A DNA stretch of 48,911 nt from an uncultured Candidatus Saccharibacteria bacterium. Its GTDB lineage: Bacteria; Patescibacteriota; Minisyncoccia; Portnoybacterales; UBA2143. Below, piece after piece: positions 25,792 through 34,450 of this stretch. The notes under the pieces are model-generated. The model was not told the origin of the DNA, ran no database searches, and saw only the letters and a list, made by a program, of their open reading frames with translations. Made by a program: the position numbers and the translations under genes. The stretch is from the NCBI GenBank assembly GCA_964420115.1, contig CAYQQO010000001.1, positions 5,778 through 54,688 on the forward strand. Direction: 5' to 3'. How positions within the stretch are numbered: the first letter of the stretch is position 1; each line of letters starts with the position of its first letter.

Positions 25792-27621
25792 ATGTGCGGA
25801 ATCGCTGGGTTTACAGGGAGAAAAAATGATGTTCGCCTAGCCATTATGGTCAGGCGGTTGATTCATCGGGGCCCTGACGATGAAGGTTTTTATAGTGATG
25901 AAAATGTTTCTTTGGGGATGAGAAGATTGAGTATTATTGATTTGTCGACCGGGCGCCAGCCAATTTTCAGCGAAAATGAAAATGTTGTTACTGTTTTTAA
26001 CGGGGAGATATATAATTTCTTAAAATTAAGAAATGATTTGGTTAAAAAGGGGCATAGGTTTTCTACTAATTCTGATACAGAGATAATCGTCCATCTTTAT
26101 CAGGAATTAGGAAATAAGTTTGTTGACCAATTAGATGGCATGTTTGGTATTGCTCTTTGGGATAAGAAAAAAAAGAAATTAATTTTAACCCGCGATCGCT
26201 TTGGTAAAAAGCCATTGTATTATACTCAAATCGGCCGACAGCTTGTTTTCGCTTCGGAGATTAAGTCCATTCTGGAATACGGCGTTAAAAAAGAAATAAA
26301 TTTTGAAGCTCTTCATCATTATTTTTCTCTCAAACACATTCCTGATCCTTTGACAATTTACAAGAATGTTTATTCCTTGCCTGCTGGCAGTTGTTTGGTT
26401 TTCCAAAAAGAAAAAATAAAAATAAAAAAATATTGGCAGCTTGATTACAACACTATAAATCCCAGAAGCGAGTTAAAAATAATTGATAAATTGGATTATT
26501 TATTAAACCAAGCAGTCGCTAAAAGATTAGTCAGCGATGTGCCCATCGGCGCTTATTTGAGCGGTGGCTTGGATTCCAGTTTAGTGGTGGCTCTTTTTAG
26601 CCGATTAGCCCAAGGAAGAATTAAGACATTTTTCATGACTTATCAAGGCGATTTTTCAGGCAAAGAAAATGATCGGAAATTTGCCGGACAAATCGCTAAA
26701 AAGTATAAAACCGACCATTATGAGTATGTCATGAAATATCAAGAGCTGGCTGATTCTTTGGAAGGTGTTTTATCTGCTTTTGATCAGCCTTTTGCCGGAG
26801 TTATTTCCACTTATTTTATTTCACAATTAATTAAAAAGCATGTTAAGGTAGCAATTTCCGGAGATGGCGCAGATGAGTTGTTTGCCAGTTATTTAGTAGC
26901 CCGTTTAGCTTTCCCTATAGATAATTATTTAAAAAATAACGGGAAAGACATAGAAGCGCTAAAGCCATTTAATGAGCAAATAGATTTTTTAAAGAGTATC
27001 GCTGATAAGCCAGAATGGCGCTGGCGCTCTAAATTAGTTGTTTTTAACGAGAAAGAAAAAAGAGAGTTGTATCAGAATAAATTATTAGAACAGCTTGATA
27101 AATGCAGTACGGTGAAGTTATACCGGAATTATTTTAGATCCTCTACAGCCACGGATCCTTTAAACAGAGTTTTGGATGTTGACTGCAAAACCGTTTTGAC
27201 GGATCAGGTTTTGCCTTTTGTTGACCGTTTATCTATGGCTCATTCTATTGAAGTGCGTTGTCCTTTTTTGGATTATCAGTTGGCTGAATATGCGGCGGGC
27301 CTCCCGGGTCAATGGAAAATAAGGCAAGGGGAGACAAAATATATTCTTAAGAAATTAGGCGAGAGATATTTACCCCAAAAATTAGTTTATCGGCCCAAAG
27401 AGGGTTTTATTATGCCAATAAATGACTGGTTGATGAATAAAATGGAAAAGCAAGTAAAAAATATTTTATCAGTCAGGCGTTTGGAAAAACATAATCTCTT
27501 TAATCAAGATATTGTCAAAAATTTAGTTGAGTGTTATTATTCTAAGCGGCTCATTAACAATTCAAATAAAATCTGGAGTCTGCTTATGTTCCAGCTTTGG
27601 TGGGAAAACAATATTAAATAG
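25792..27621 (+). CDS. asnB: Asparagine synthase family glutamine amidotransferase, 609 aa
   Basis: Start set to MCGIAGF (Met-Cys). PP-loop AYLSGGLDSS. The track ORF starts 12 nt earlier. Confidence 0.85.
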   Translation: MCGIAGFTGRKNDVRLAIMVRRLIHRGPDDEGFYSDENVSLGMRRLSIIDLSTGRQPIFSENENVVTVFNGEIYNFLKLRNDLVKKGHRFSTNSDTEIIVHLYQELGNKFVDQLDGMFGIALWDKKKKKLILTRDRFGKKPLYYTQIGRQLVFASEIKSILEYGVKKEINFEALHHYFSLKHIPDPLTIYKNVYSLPAGSCLVFQKEKIKIKKYWQLDYNTINPRSELKIIDKLDYLLNQAVAKRLVSDVPIGAYLSGGLDSSLVVALFSRLAQGRIKTFFMTYQGDFSGKENDRKFAGQIAKKYKTDHYEYVMKYQELADSLEGVLSAFDQPFAGVISTYFISQLIKKHVKVAISGDGADELFASYLVARLAFPIDNYLKNNGKDIEALKPFNEQIDFLKSIADKPEWRWRSKLVVFNEKEKRELYQNKLLEQLDKCSTVKLYRNYFRSSTATDPLNRVLDVDCKTVLTDQVLPFVDRLSMAHSIEVRCPFLDYQLAEYAAGLPGQWKIRQGETKYILKKLGERYLPQKLVYRPKEGFIMPINDWLMNKMEKQVKNILSVRRLEKHNLFNQDIVKNLVECYYSKRLINNSNKIWSLLMFQLWWENNIK

Positions 27622-27633
27622 GAGGATAATAAT

Positions 27634-28725
27634 ATGAAAGTAGTTCTTTTTGCTTTAACTGGTTTTGGCAACGGGGTTTTAGATGTTTTGTTGGAAAGCG
27701 GATGCCAAGTAGGAGCTGTTTTTACCAGAGTTGAGAAGGGTTCTTTCCCTTATTACAGAGAAAAAAACATTTTCCGCTATGCCAAAGAAAGGGGCGTTCC
27801 CGTCTACGCTGAAATAAACTGGACTGATATTTATAGAATTATCAACGGCATTTCGCCCGATCTTCTTTTGGTGGCGACATATTATCGGATAATCCCCCAA
27901 CAAATAATTACCATGACTCCCTTGGCTGTTAATCTGCATCCTTCCCTTTTGCCTAAATATAGGGGAGCTACCCCTTGTTTTTGGGCACTTTTTAACAAAG
28001 AGAAGGAAACAGGGGTAACAGCCCATTTTCTTACAGAAAAGCCTGATGCCGGAGATATGCTGATTCAAAGAAAGTTGGCAATAAGAGCAGATGAGGACGA
28101 GCGCTCTTTAAGAAAAAGATTATCTCAATTGAGCGCAGATGTCGCGCGGGAGCTAATATGGCAAATTAGAGAAGATCAGCTTAGTCCCGTACCTCAAGAA
28201 GAAGCCAAGGCAACTTATTGCTCAAAATTTAATAAAGAGTCGGTAAGAAAAAGAAAGGGGGTTGTGGTCGTTAATCTTAAAAAAAACCAGCAATGGCTGA
28301 CGGATTATGTTTTTCTTCGCAATAAGCACCTCCAAGCTCTGCTTAGCGAAAAAGTTGATTTGGCTGCAACAAAAGAGTGGCTAAGGCAAAATGATGTTGA
28401 GTTGTACGGAATAATTGATGGCGGAATTTTCCAAGGGGCTGTTGTTATATACATTAAGGAAAATAAAGGGGAGGGGGAGGTGGCTTTTTTTACTTCTAAT
28501 ATTGGTTGTGGCTATGGAGGCAGACTGTTGAAAATAACTGATGTTGTAGCAGTGGAGCGAAGGCTTTCGAAGCTTTGCGCCTGGACTAGGGATAATAATG
28601 TGCCAGCTATCAATGTTTTTCGACGAAACAGATATTTTTTGGTTAAGAAAACAGAAAAAACTTATCGAGGCGAAAAGATAAAAGGATATCTTTTTGAGAA
28701 ATACAAGAAAGGAGACAGAAAATGA
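27634..28725 (+). CDS. Bifunctional-looking formyltransferase (N-terminal) fused to a GNAT acyltransferase-like domain (C-terminal), 363 aa
   Basis: Formyltransferase core VNLHPSLLPKYRGATPCFWAL plus KPDAGDM, giving an Asn/His/Asp triad pattern. C-terminal about 130 aa carry the GNAT motif A-like NIGCGYGGRLL and NNVPAINVFRRNRYFLV. Strong AGGAGG Shine-Dalgarno upstream. Confidence 0.7.
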   Translation: MKVVLFALTGFGNGVLDVLLESGCQVGAVFTRVEKGSFPYYREKNIFRYAKERGVPVYAEINWTDIYRIINGISPDLLLVATYYRIIPQQIITMTPLAVNLHPSLLPKYRGATPCFWALFNKEKETGVTAHFLTEKPDAGDMLIQRKLAIRADEDERSLRKRLSQLSADVARELIWQIREDQLSPVPQEEAKATYCSKFNKESVRKRKGVVVVNLKKNQQWLTDYVFLRNKHLQALLSEKVDLAATKEWLRQNDVELYGIIDGGIFQGAVVIYIKENKGEGEVAFFTSNIGCGYGGRLLKITDVVAVERRLSKLCAWTRDNNVPAINVFRRNRYFLVKKTEKTYRGEKIKGYLFEKYKKGDRK

Positions 28726-29636
28726 GTAAAGCTGTTTCAAGTGATAAGGAAGCTGAAAGACTGGAAGATGCCGGATGTTTCCCCAGGGTGGTTCTTATTG
28801 ATACAATCAACTTTTGCAATCTGCGCTGTTCTATGTGCGGCCGTCAGGAAATGGCAAGGAAAGGCGGTATTATGAAAACACCGCTTTACCAGAAAATCAT
28901 TAACGAGATAACCGCCAAAGACAAAAGCGTCAGGGTTTGGCTTGTCTTTTTCGGCGATCCCTTTATGTTGAAAGGGAAATTCCGCGGCTACATGGGATAT
29001 GCTAAAGAGAAGGGGCTGACTGACGTGGTGGTTAACACCAATGGCAATCTGATGAATGAAGAGCGCTCTCGGGAAATGATTGATGCCGGCTTAGACGCTG
29101 TTTATATCGGTATTGACGCTGTAAGCGCGCCTGTTTACAGTAAACTGCGGATAGGCGGTAATTTACCTAAAGTTGTCGCTAACGTCAAGCGGTTGATTGA
29201 GTTAAAAAAAGAAACAGGAGCGGATAAGCCCGAGGTTTTTGTCCAGTTTGTTGAAATGAGGGAAAACAGCCATGAAAAACAGAAGTTCATTGACTTCTGG
29301 ACAGGCCAGGGGGCGATTGTCAAGGTCCGGCCAAAAGTAAGCTGGGCAGGGACAGTAGCGGCTGACAATCTGAAGGCGGGTGAAGAAAGACACCCCTGCT
29401 ACTGGGCCATGCGGACAATGAATATCCTTTTTGACGGCCGGGTTTGCCTCTGCGCTGTTGACTACGACGGCAGGTTTATTGCCGGCGACATCAGCAAGGA
29501 ATCGCTGGAAAATGTCTGGCTTAACGGGCTGGGGCAAATCCGCAAGATGCAAAGAGAGGGAGAGTATTCTTCTCTGCCGTCTATTTGCCGCTATTGTTTG
29601 GACTGGCAGGCGGCCAAGGCGCAATTCCGTCAATAA
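28722..29636 (+). CDS. Radical SAM enzyme with a truncated SPASM/twitch-type C-terminal domain, 304 aa
   Basis: NFCNLRCSMCG (CX3CX2C). C-terminal C-x12-G-x4-C (CYWAMRTMNILFDGRVCLC) followed only by CRYC. Confidence 0.8.
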   Translation: MSKAVSSDKEAERLEDAGCFPRVVLIDTINFCNLRCSMCGRQEMARKGGIMKTPLYQKIINEITAKDKSVRVWLVFFGDPFMLKGKFRGYMGYAKEKGLTDVVVNTNGNLMNEERSREMIDAGLDAVYIGIDAVSAPVYSKLRIGGNLPKVVANVKRLIELKKETGADKPEVFVQFVEMRENSHEKQKFIDFWTGQGAIVKVRPKVSWAGTVAADNLKAGEERHPCYWAMRTMNILFDGRVCLCAVDYDGRFIAGDISKESLENVWLNGLGQIRKMQREGEYSSLPSICRYCLDWQAAKAQFRQ

Positions 29637-29674
29637 GTTTTGCGGCGGGATGAGCCAAGTTTGGCGGGAAGAGA

Positions 29675-29709
29675 GGGCTTTCTTGTTGACAAGAAGAGAA
29701 AGCCCTTTT
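29675..29709 (+). terminator. Hairpin plus T-run between the two SPASM genes
   Basis: GGGCTTTCT (29675-29683) pairs with AGAAAGCCC (29697-29705) and is followed by TTTT. Confidence 0.5.
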
Positions 29710-29714
29710 ATATT
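29686..29714 (+). promoter_or_regulatory. Consensus-like sigma-70 promoter TTGACA-N17-TATATT, overlapping the hairpin
   Basis: TTGACA at 29686-29691 sits in the hairpin loop. TATATT is at 29709-29714. Confidence 0.45.
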
Positions 29715-29787
29715 TGTATAAAAATACAAGTTGTTCCTTGAATAAAAAAACTATGCCGATAAATTTCCAATGGAGAAGGAGAAAGCT

Positions 29788-30753
29788 ATGCGAATAAATC
29801 ATTTGCCAGAAGAGTTTAAGATTAAAGAAGGCGCTGAAGAATTCCCATTAATGGTTGTTCTTTCCTTCGTTTATATTTGCAACGCCAGGTGTCCACAATG
29901 TCCTTATACGCAAACCAATATCAGAGCTGACTATAAAGATGCTCTTTATATGCCGGAGGAGCTTTTTAAAAAAATCGCTGATGAATGCGGCCAGTATCAG
30001 GCATATATTCGTCTTTCTGGAGGAGGCGAGCCTCTTCTTCATCCTAAAGCGCTTGATTTGGTTGAGTACGCCAAGGAAAAAAGGGCTAAGATCGGGCTTA
30101 TCACCAACGGCTCCTTAATAGATGGAAAGAAAGCTGGTCGACTGCTGGCTTGCGGGACTGATATGATTGAATTTAGTGTTGATGCGGCTGATAAAGAGAC
30201 ATATAGCCAGTTGCGCAAGGGGCTTAGTTTCGGCAAATTGGTTGAAAATGTCAGATATATTGTTCAAAAAAGAGATCAGTTAAATAGCCCGAGCAGGATA
30301 ATCGCCAGCATTATCAATCAAAAAGCTGTTGAGGGAAAGCTTGATTCTGTTGTTAGTTTTTGGGGAGAAATTGTTGATGATGTTCAGGTTAGAAAGTATC
30401 TGACCTGGGGTTATCTTAACGATCACTCGGCCGATTCAAGGCCATATTTGCCGCCAGAGCAGAGAATTCCCTGTCCTTGGCTGTTTGAAAGATTAAATAT
30501 TGACAGCAGGGGGGATGTCACTCTTTGCGGAGAGGACATCGCCTTTAAAGAAAAGTTCGCTAATGTCTATAAGCAGCCAATCAAGGAAATATGGCGCGGC
30601 CCTGTTTTTGAGAAAGCGCGTCGTCTGCATCTGAGATGTCAAGGCGACCAAATCCCGCTTTGTCGGAATTGCCCTGACTGGCAGTATCGGTCTTGGACGC
30701 ACAACTATTGGAAGCTGGAGGCTGAGAGAAAGGCTGATATCAACAAAAAGTAA
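29788..30753 (+). CDS. Radical SAM enzyme with a truncated SPASM/twitch-type domain, paralogue of 28722-29636, 321 aa
   Basis: ICNARCPQCPY (CX3CX2C). CPWLFERLNIDSRGDVTLC (C-x12-G-x4-C), then CRNCPDW. I prefer the ATG at 29788 because AGGAG lies 6 nt upstream; the track start at 29770 is the alternative. Confidence 0.8.
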   Translation: MRINHLPEEFKIKEGAEEFPLMVVLSFVYICNARCPQCPYTQTNIRADYKDALYMPEELFKKIADECGQYQAYIRLSGGGEPLLHPKALDLVEYAKEKRAKIGLITNGSLIDGKKAGRLLACGTDMIEFSVDAADKETYSQLRKGLSFGKLVENVRYIVQKRDQLNSPSRIIASIINQKAVEGKLDSVVSFWGEIVDDVQVRKYLTWGYLNDHSADSRPYLPPEQRIPCPWLFERLNIDSRGDVTLCGEDIAFKEKFANVYKQPIKEIWRGPVFEKARRLHLRCQGDQIPLCRNCPDWQYRSWTHNYWKLEAERKADINKK

Positions 30754-30787
30754 TGTTTATCGGCTTAAATACCTGCCTAAGACAGGC

Positions 30788-30826
30788 AAAATCCTCGTTG
30801 ACAAAAACGGGGATTTTTCTTATCAT
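30788..30826 (+). promoter_or_regulatory. Second hairpin with an embedded promoter: TTGACA-N17-TATCAT
   Basis: Stem AAAATCCTCG (30788-30797) pairs with CGGGGATTTT (30808-30817), with one G-U pair. The loop contains TTGACA (30798-30803). TATCAT is at 30821-30826. Confidence 0.4.
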
Positions 30827-30848
30827 AAAAGAAATAGTTGTTTGAGTT

Positions 30849-31553
30849 ATGAAGCAAAAGAAAAAAGTGGCAGTTATTCTTCAGCCTGGATATTTGCCTT
30901 GGTTAGGGTTTTTTGAGCAGATGTATAGAAGCGATGTTTTTATTTTTTATGATGATGTCCAGTATGATAAAAACGGCTGGCGCAACAGAAATAGGATAAA
31001 AACACCTCAAGGAGAACAATGGCTGACAGCGCCTGTTTTAATTAGCGGGCAGAACAGGCCGCTGATAAAAGATGTTTTAATTGACAATAAAACCGACTGG
31101 GCTAAAAAACATTTAAAAGCTATTTCTCAAAATTACAGCAAGGCTCCTTTTTTAAATAAATATTTTGGTTTTTTTGAAGAAATTTTATTGAAAAAATGGG
31201 AGCGTTTAATTGATTTGGACGTTTCCTTAATAGAAAAGATAAATGAAATTTTGAACATTAAAAGAGAGATAAAATTTTCTTCGCAATTAGGAATTTCTGG
31301 GGGGAAGACGGGGAGATTGATAAATATTTGCAGAAAATTAGAAGGAACTCATTTCTACGAAGGTGCGACTGGGAAAGATTACATAGACGAAAAAGAATTT
31401 GAATCAGCCGGAGTGATTGTTGAATACCAGGACTACAAGCATCCAATATATCAACAGCTTTACGGCCAATTTATCCCTTATTTATCTGTTATAGATTTAA
31501 TATTCAATCAAGGAGAAAGGAGCTTGGATATAATTCTGAATAAAAATGGCTAG
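30849..31553 (+). CDS. WbqC-family protein (function not established; found in O-antigen and amino-sugar clusters), 234 aa
   Basis: N-terminal VAVILQPGYLPWLGFFEQMYRSDVFIFYDDVQY is the pattern I recognise for the WbqC-like family. Confidence 0.65.
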   Translation: MKQKKKVAVILQPGYLPWLGFFEQMYRSDVFIFYDDVQYDKNGWRNRNRIKTPQGEQWLTAPVLISGQNRPLIKDVLIDNKTDWAKKHLKAISQNYSKAPFLNKYFGFFEEILLKKWERLIDLDVSLIEKINEILNIKREIKFSSQLGISGGKTGRLINICRKLEGTHFYEGATGKDYIDEKEFESAGVIVEYQDYKHPIYQQLYGQFIPYLSVIDLIFNQGERSLDIILNKNG

Positions 31554-32592
31554 TAGAAAAACAACAAAGACAATATTAATTACTGGCGGGGCCGGGTTTA
31601 TGGGCAGTAACTTGGTTTCTTTTTTATTTTCTAAATATCCTAATTACAAGTTAATAGTTTTAGACGCCTTGACTTATGCCGGCAATACAGATAATTTTTC
31701 AAGAAGTGTTTGGGATTCTCCTCGTTTTAAATTTCATTACGGTGATATTAGAAATGCTAATTTAGTTGACGCTTTGATTTCTCAAGCAGATATTGTTGTC
31801 CATTTGGCTGCAGAAACTCATGTTACCCGTTCTATTAATGATAATTTAGCTTTTTTTGAGACAGATGTTTTGGGGACCCATACTATTGCGAACGCGGTTT
31901 TAAGGAATAAAAATAAAATAGAACGTTTTATACATATTTCTACTTCAGAAGTTTATGGGACAGCGGTCAGCCGTCTTATGCGCGAAGAGCACCCTCTTTC
32001 GCCGATGAGTCCTTATGCCAGCGCTAAAGCCGGGGCTGACAGATTAGTTTGGTCTTACTGGGCAACATACCAAATTCCGACTATTATTATTCGCCCTTTT
32101 AATAATTATGGGCCTCATCAGCATTTAGAAAAACTAATTCCCCGTTTTATTACCAGCTGCCTTCTGGATGAACCCTTGACCGTTCACGGCGATGGTAAAA
32201 GCAAGCGCGACTGGCTCTTTGTCGGGGACTTTTGCCGGGGGGTTGATAGGGCGGTTCACGGGGATATAAATAAATTGCGGGGAGAGGTAATAAATATTGG
32301 CACTAGTAAAAGTTATGATATTAATACTATTGCCCAAATGGTTTTAAAACTAGCGAAAAAGCCTTCTGATATGGTCACATATATTGACAATCGGCCCGGT
32401 CAAGTATTCCGCCATACTGCTTCTATCAAAAAAGCGAAAGAATTATTAAATTGGAAGCCGATGGTTGATTTTTCTGATGGGATAGAAAAAACAATAGCTT
32501 GGTATAAAGCTCATCCTGGTTGGTGGAAAAAGCGGGTTTGGTTGAAAAAAATTACTATTTTAACTCCAGAGGGCAAAGAAATTTTGCATTAA
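31546..32592 (+). CDS. rfbB: dTDP-glucose 4,6-dehydratase (extended SDR), 348 aa
   Basis: ILITGGAGFMGSN, STSEVYG, YASAKAGADRLV (YxxxK) and RPFNNYGPHQHLEKLIPRFI. Confidence 0.8.
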   Translation: MASRKTTKTILITGGAGFMGSNLVSFLFSKYPNYKLIVLDALTYAGNTDNFSRSVWDSPRFKFHYGDIRNANLVDALISQADIVVHLAAETHVTRSINDNLAFFETDVLGTHTIANAVLRNKNKIERFIHISTSEVYGTAVSRLMREEHPLSPMSPYASAKAGADRLVWSYWATYQIPTIIIRPFNNYGPHQHLEKLIPRFITSCLLDEPLTVHGDGKSKRDWLFVGDFCRGVDRAVHGDINKLRGEVINIGTSKSYDINTIAQMVLKLAKKPSDMVTYIDNRPGQVFRHTASIKKAKELLNWKPMVDFSDGIEKTIAWYKAHPGWWKKRVWLKKITILTPEGKEILH

Positions 32593-33713
32593 TGAAGGTT
32601 GAGTTTTTTAAGCATAATATTGGATCTCGTGAGATTAGAGAGGTTAATAAAATTTTAACTTCATATTTTTTGACCACTGGGCAAGAGGTGGACAAATTTG
32701 AAGATTTATTTTCAAAATATTTAAAGTGTAAATACACAATTGGTTTGACTAGTTGCACTGCAGGCCTTCAATTAGCTTTGGAGGCCTTTGATATTGGGCG
32801 GGGCGATGAGGTGATCACCACTCCGCTTTCTTTTATCGCGACATCTAACGCTGTTATCCAAGCCGGAGCAAAGCCGATTTTTGTTGATGTTAAAGAAGAC
32901 AGCGGCAACATTAACGAAGATCTGATAGAAGGAGCAATTTCTAAAAGAACTAAGGCAATTATGCCGGTTCATTTATACGGGAGGATGTGCGATATGGAGA
33001 AAATAAGAAAGATTGCTGATAAGTATAAACTAAAAGTTATTGAGGACGCCGCTCATTGTATTGAGGGAGAACTAAACAATGTCCGTCCGGCTATGTTAAG
33101 CGATGCCGCTTGTTTTAGTTTTTACGCGACAAAAAGCATCACTTGTGGAGAAGGCGGAGCTCTTTCAACAAATAATAAAAATTTGGCAGAGAAAATAAGA
33201 AAGATGCGCCTACACGGGCTGACTAAAAGCGCGGCCCAAAGGTATGAAAAAAAATTCAGCCATTGGGATATGGAGGAGTTTGGCTGGAAATACAATATGG
33301 ACAATATCCAGGCGGCTCTTTTAATAAATCAGGTTAAAAATTTGGGGAAATATTGGGAGCGGCGGGACAGAATTTGGCGGAAATATGAATCTGCTTTTAG
33401 GGGTATTGATGGGATTGAATTTTTTGAAGTTCCAGATAGTATTAAGCATGCCCGCCATTTATTCACTATCTGTGTCTCTCCTGATAAAAGAGATAATTTG
33501 ATTAAAAAGTTAAATAGTCAAGGAGTCGGCGCTGTGGTTAATTATCGGCCTATTCATTTGATGAAGTATTATAAAAACAAATTCGGTTATAAGAAAGGCG
33601 ATTTCCCTGTGACTGAACAAATAGGCCGGCGGACTATTTCCTTGCCCCTTTATCCAAAGCTAAAAGACAAAGAGGTTGATTATATAATTAAGGCTGTTAA
33701 AAAATATGTATAG
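32592..33713 (+). CDS. DegT/DnrJ/EryC1/StrS-family PLP-dependent sugar aminotransferase, 373 aa
   Basis: The start at ATG 32592 forms a TAATG junction with rfbB; the track ORF extension upstream overlaps rfbB. FSFYATKSITCGEGGAL (PLP lysine region) and IEDAAHC. Confidence 0.85.
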   Translation: MKVEFFKHNIGSREIREVNKILTSYFLTTGQEVDKFEDLFSKYLKCKYTIGLTSCTAGLQLALEAFDIGRGDEVITTPLSFIATSNAVIQAGAKPIFVDVKEDSGNINEDLIEGAISKRTKAIMPVHLYGRMCDMEKIRKIADKYKLKVIEDAAHCIEGELNNVRPAMLSDAACFSFYATKSITCGEGGALSTNNKNLAEKIRKMRLHGLTKSAAQRYEKKFSHWDMEEFGWKYNMDNIQAALLINQVKNLGKYWERRDRIWRKYESAFRGIDGIEFFEVPDSIKHARHLFTICVSPDKRDNLIKKLNSQGVGAVVNYRPIHLMKYYKNKFGYKKGDFPVTEQIGRRTISLPLYPKLKDKEVDYIIKAVKKYV

Positions 33714-34410
33714 TTTATCAATGGTTGTTACTGCTTATAACGAAGAAGAATTAATTGAATCTTTTATTAGGAATTCAGTTGCTAAGTTATCCAAGGTGAC
33801 TGATGATTTTGAGATTGTTTTAGTCAATGATGGTTCAACCGACCAAACGCTGCCTATTTTAAGAAAACTTTCTCCAGAATTATCTCAGTTGAAAATTGTA
33901 GATTTAAAAGAAAATTTAGGAACTGGCAAAAATTATATCCCCGGCTTTCAGGCCGCTTCCAAAGAAATTGTTTTTAATAATACTGTTGACGCCTTCTTTA
34001 ATTTGGATGATTTGTCTAAAATGGTTAAATATTTAGACAATTATGATGTTGTTAGCGGCTATCGTACTGATTTATCAGCCAATAACTTTTATCAAAAAAT
34101 ATTGACTTTAGGCAATTATTGGCTGATTAGATTATTTTTTCCTTTGAAGCTGAAGGCCTATCAGACGGTCCAATTCCACCGTAATGAATTTTTAAAAAAT
34201 GTTAAAATTGAAGCGGCTAGTTCTTTTATCTCTCCAGAGCTGCTTTTAAAAGCTTATTGGCAGGGCAAGAGCATCAAAGAAGTGCCTATAAAATTTCATC
34301 CCAGGACTGCTGGTCAACCGAAAGGAGGTAAATTAAAACATGTAATGAGGACTTTTAATAATATAAGCAGGTTTTGGTTTAAGTGGGTTATTCTCAAAAA
34401 TTATAAATAA
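33706..34410 (+). CDS. GT2-family glycosyltransferase (soluble, DPM1/GtrB-like), 234 aa
   Basis: SMVVTAYNEEELI and VLVNDGSTDQT. The usual DAD/DXD position reads VDAFFNLDD, which is divergent. Confidence 0.7.
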   Translation: MYSLSMVVTAYNEEELIESFIRNSVAKLSKVTDDFEIVLVNDGSTDQTLPILRKLSPELSQLKIVDLKENLGTGKNYIPGFQAASKEIVFNNTVDAFFNLDDLSKMVKYLDNYDVVSGYRTDLSANNFYQKILTLGNYWLIRLFFPLKLKAYQTVQFHRNEFLKNVKIEAASSFISPELLLKAYWQGKSIKEVPIKFHPRTAGQPKGGKLKHVMRTFNNISRFWFKWVILKNYK

Positions 34411-34450
34411 ATAATCTTGCCCTGGACGCGGAGGGCGGCCAAATAAAAAA

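Noticed and set aside
27679-30702. Opposite-strand and alternative-frame ORFs in the GC-rich island (27679-28068, 28381-28740, 29135-29368, 29202-29729, 29431-29721, 29581-29802 and others)
   Set aside because: Same reasoning as above: they are shadows of the recognisable formyltransferase and radical SAM genes. Only the 23-aa tail of 29431-29721 is kept, as a low-interest note.
28722-30753. The SPASM-type enzymes as anaerobic sulfatase-maturating enzymes, given the sulfur theme
   Set aside because: There is no sulfatase gene (C/S-x-P-x-R protein) in the window. The auxiliary Cys pattern is truncated relative to anSME, which has two auxiliary clusters. The neighbourhood is nucleotide-sugar modification.
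33706-34410. The GT2 protein with VDAFFNLDD in place of the usual DAD/DXD, as a possibly inactive enzyme
   Set aside because: The alignment position cannot be fixed by eye, and an acidic pair (LDD) follows closely. A profile alignment is needed before claiming loss of the catalytic motif.
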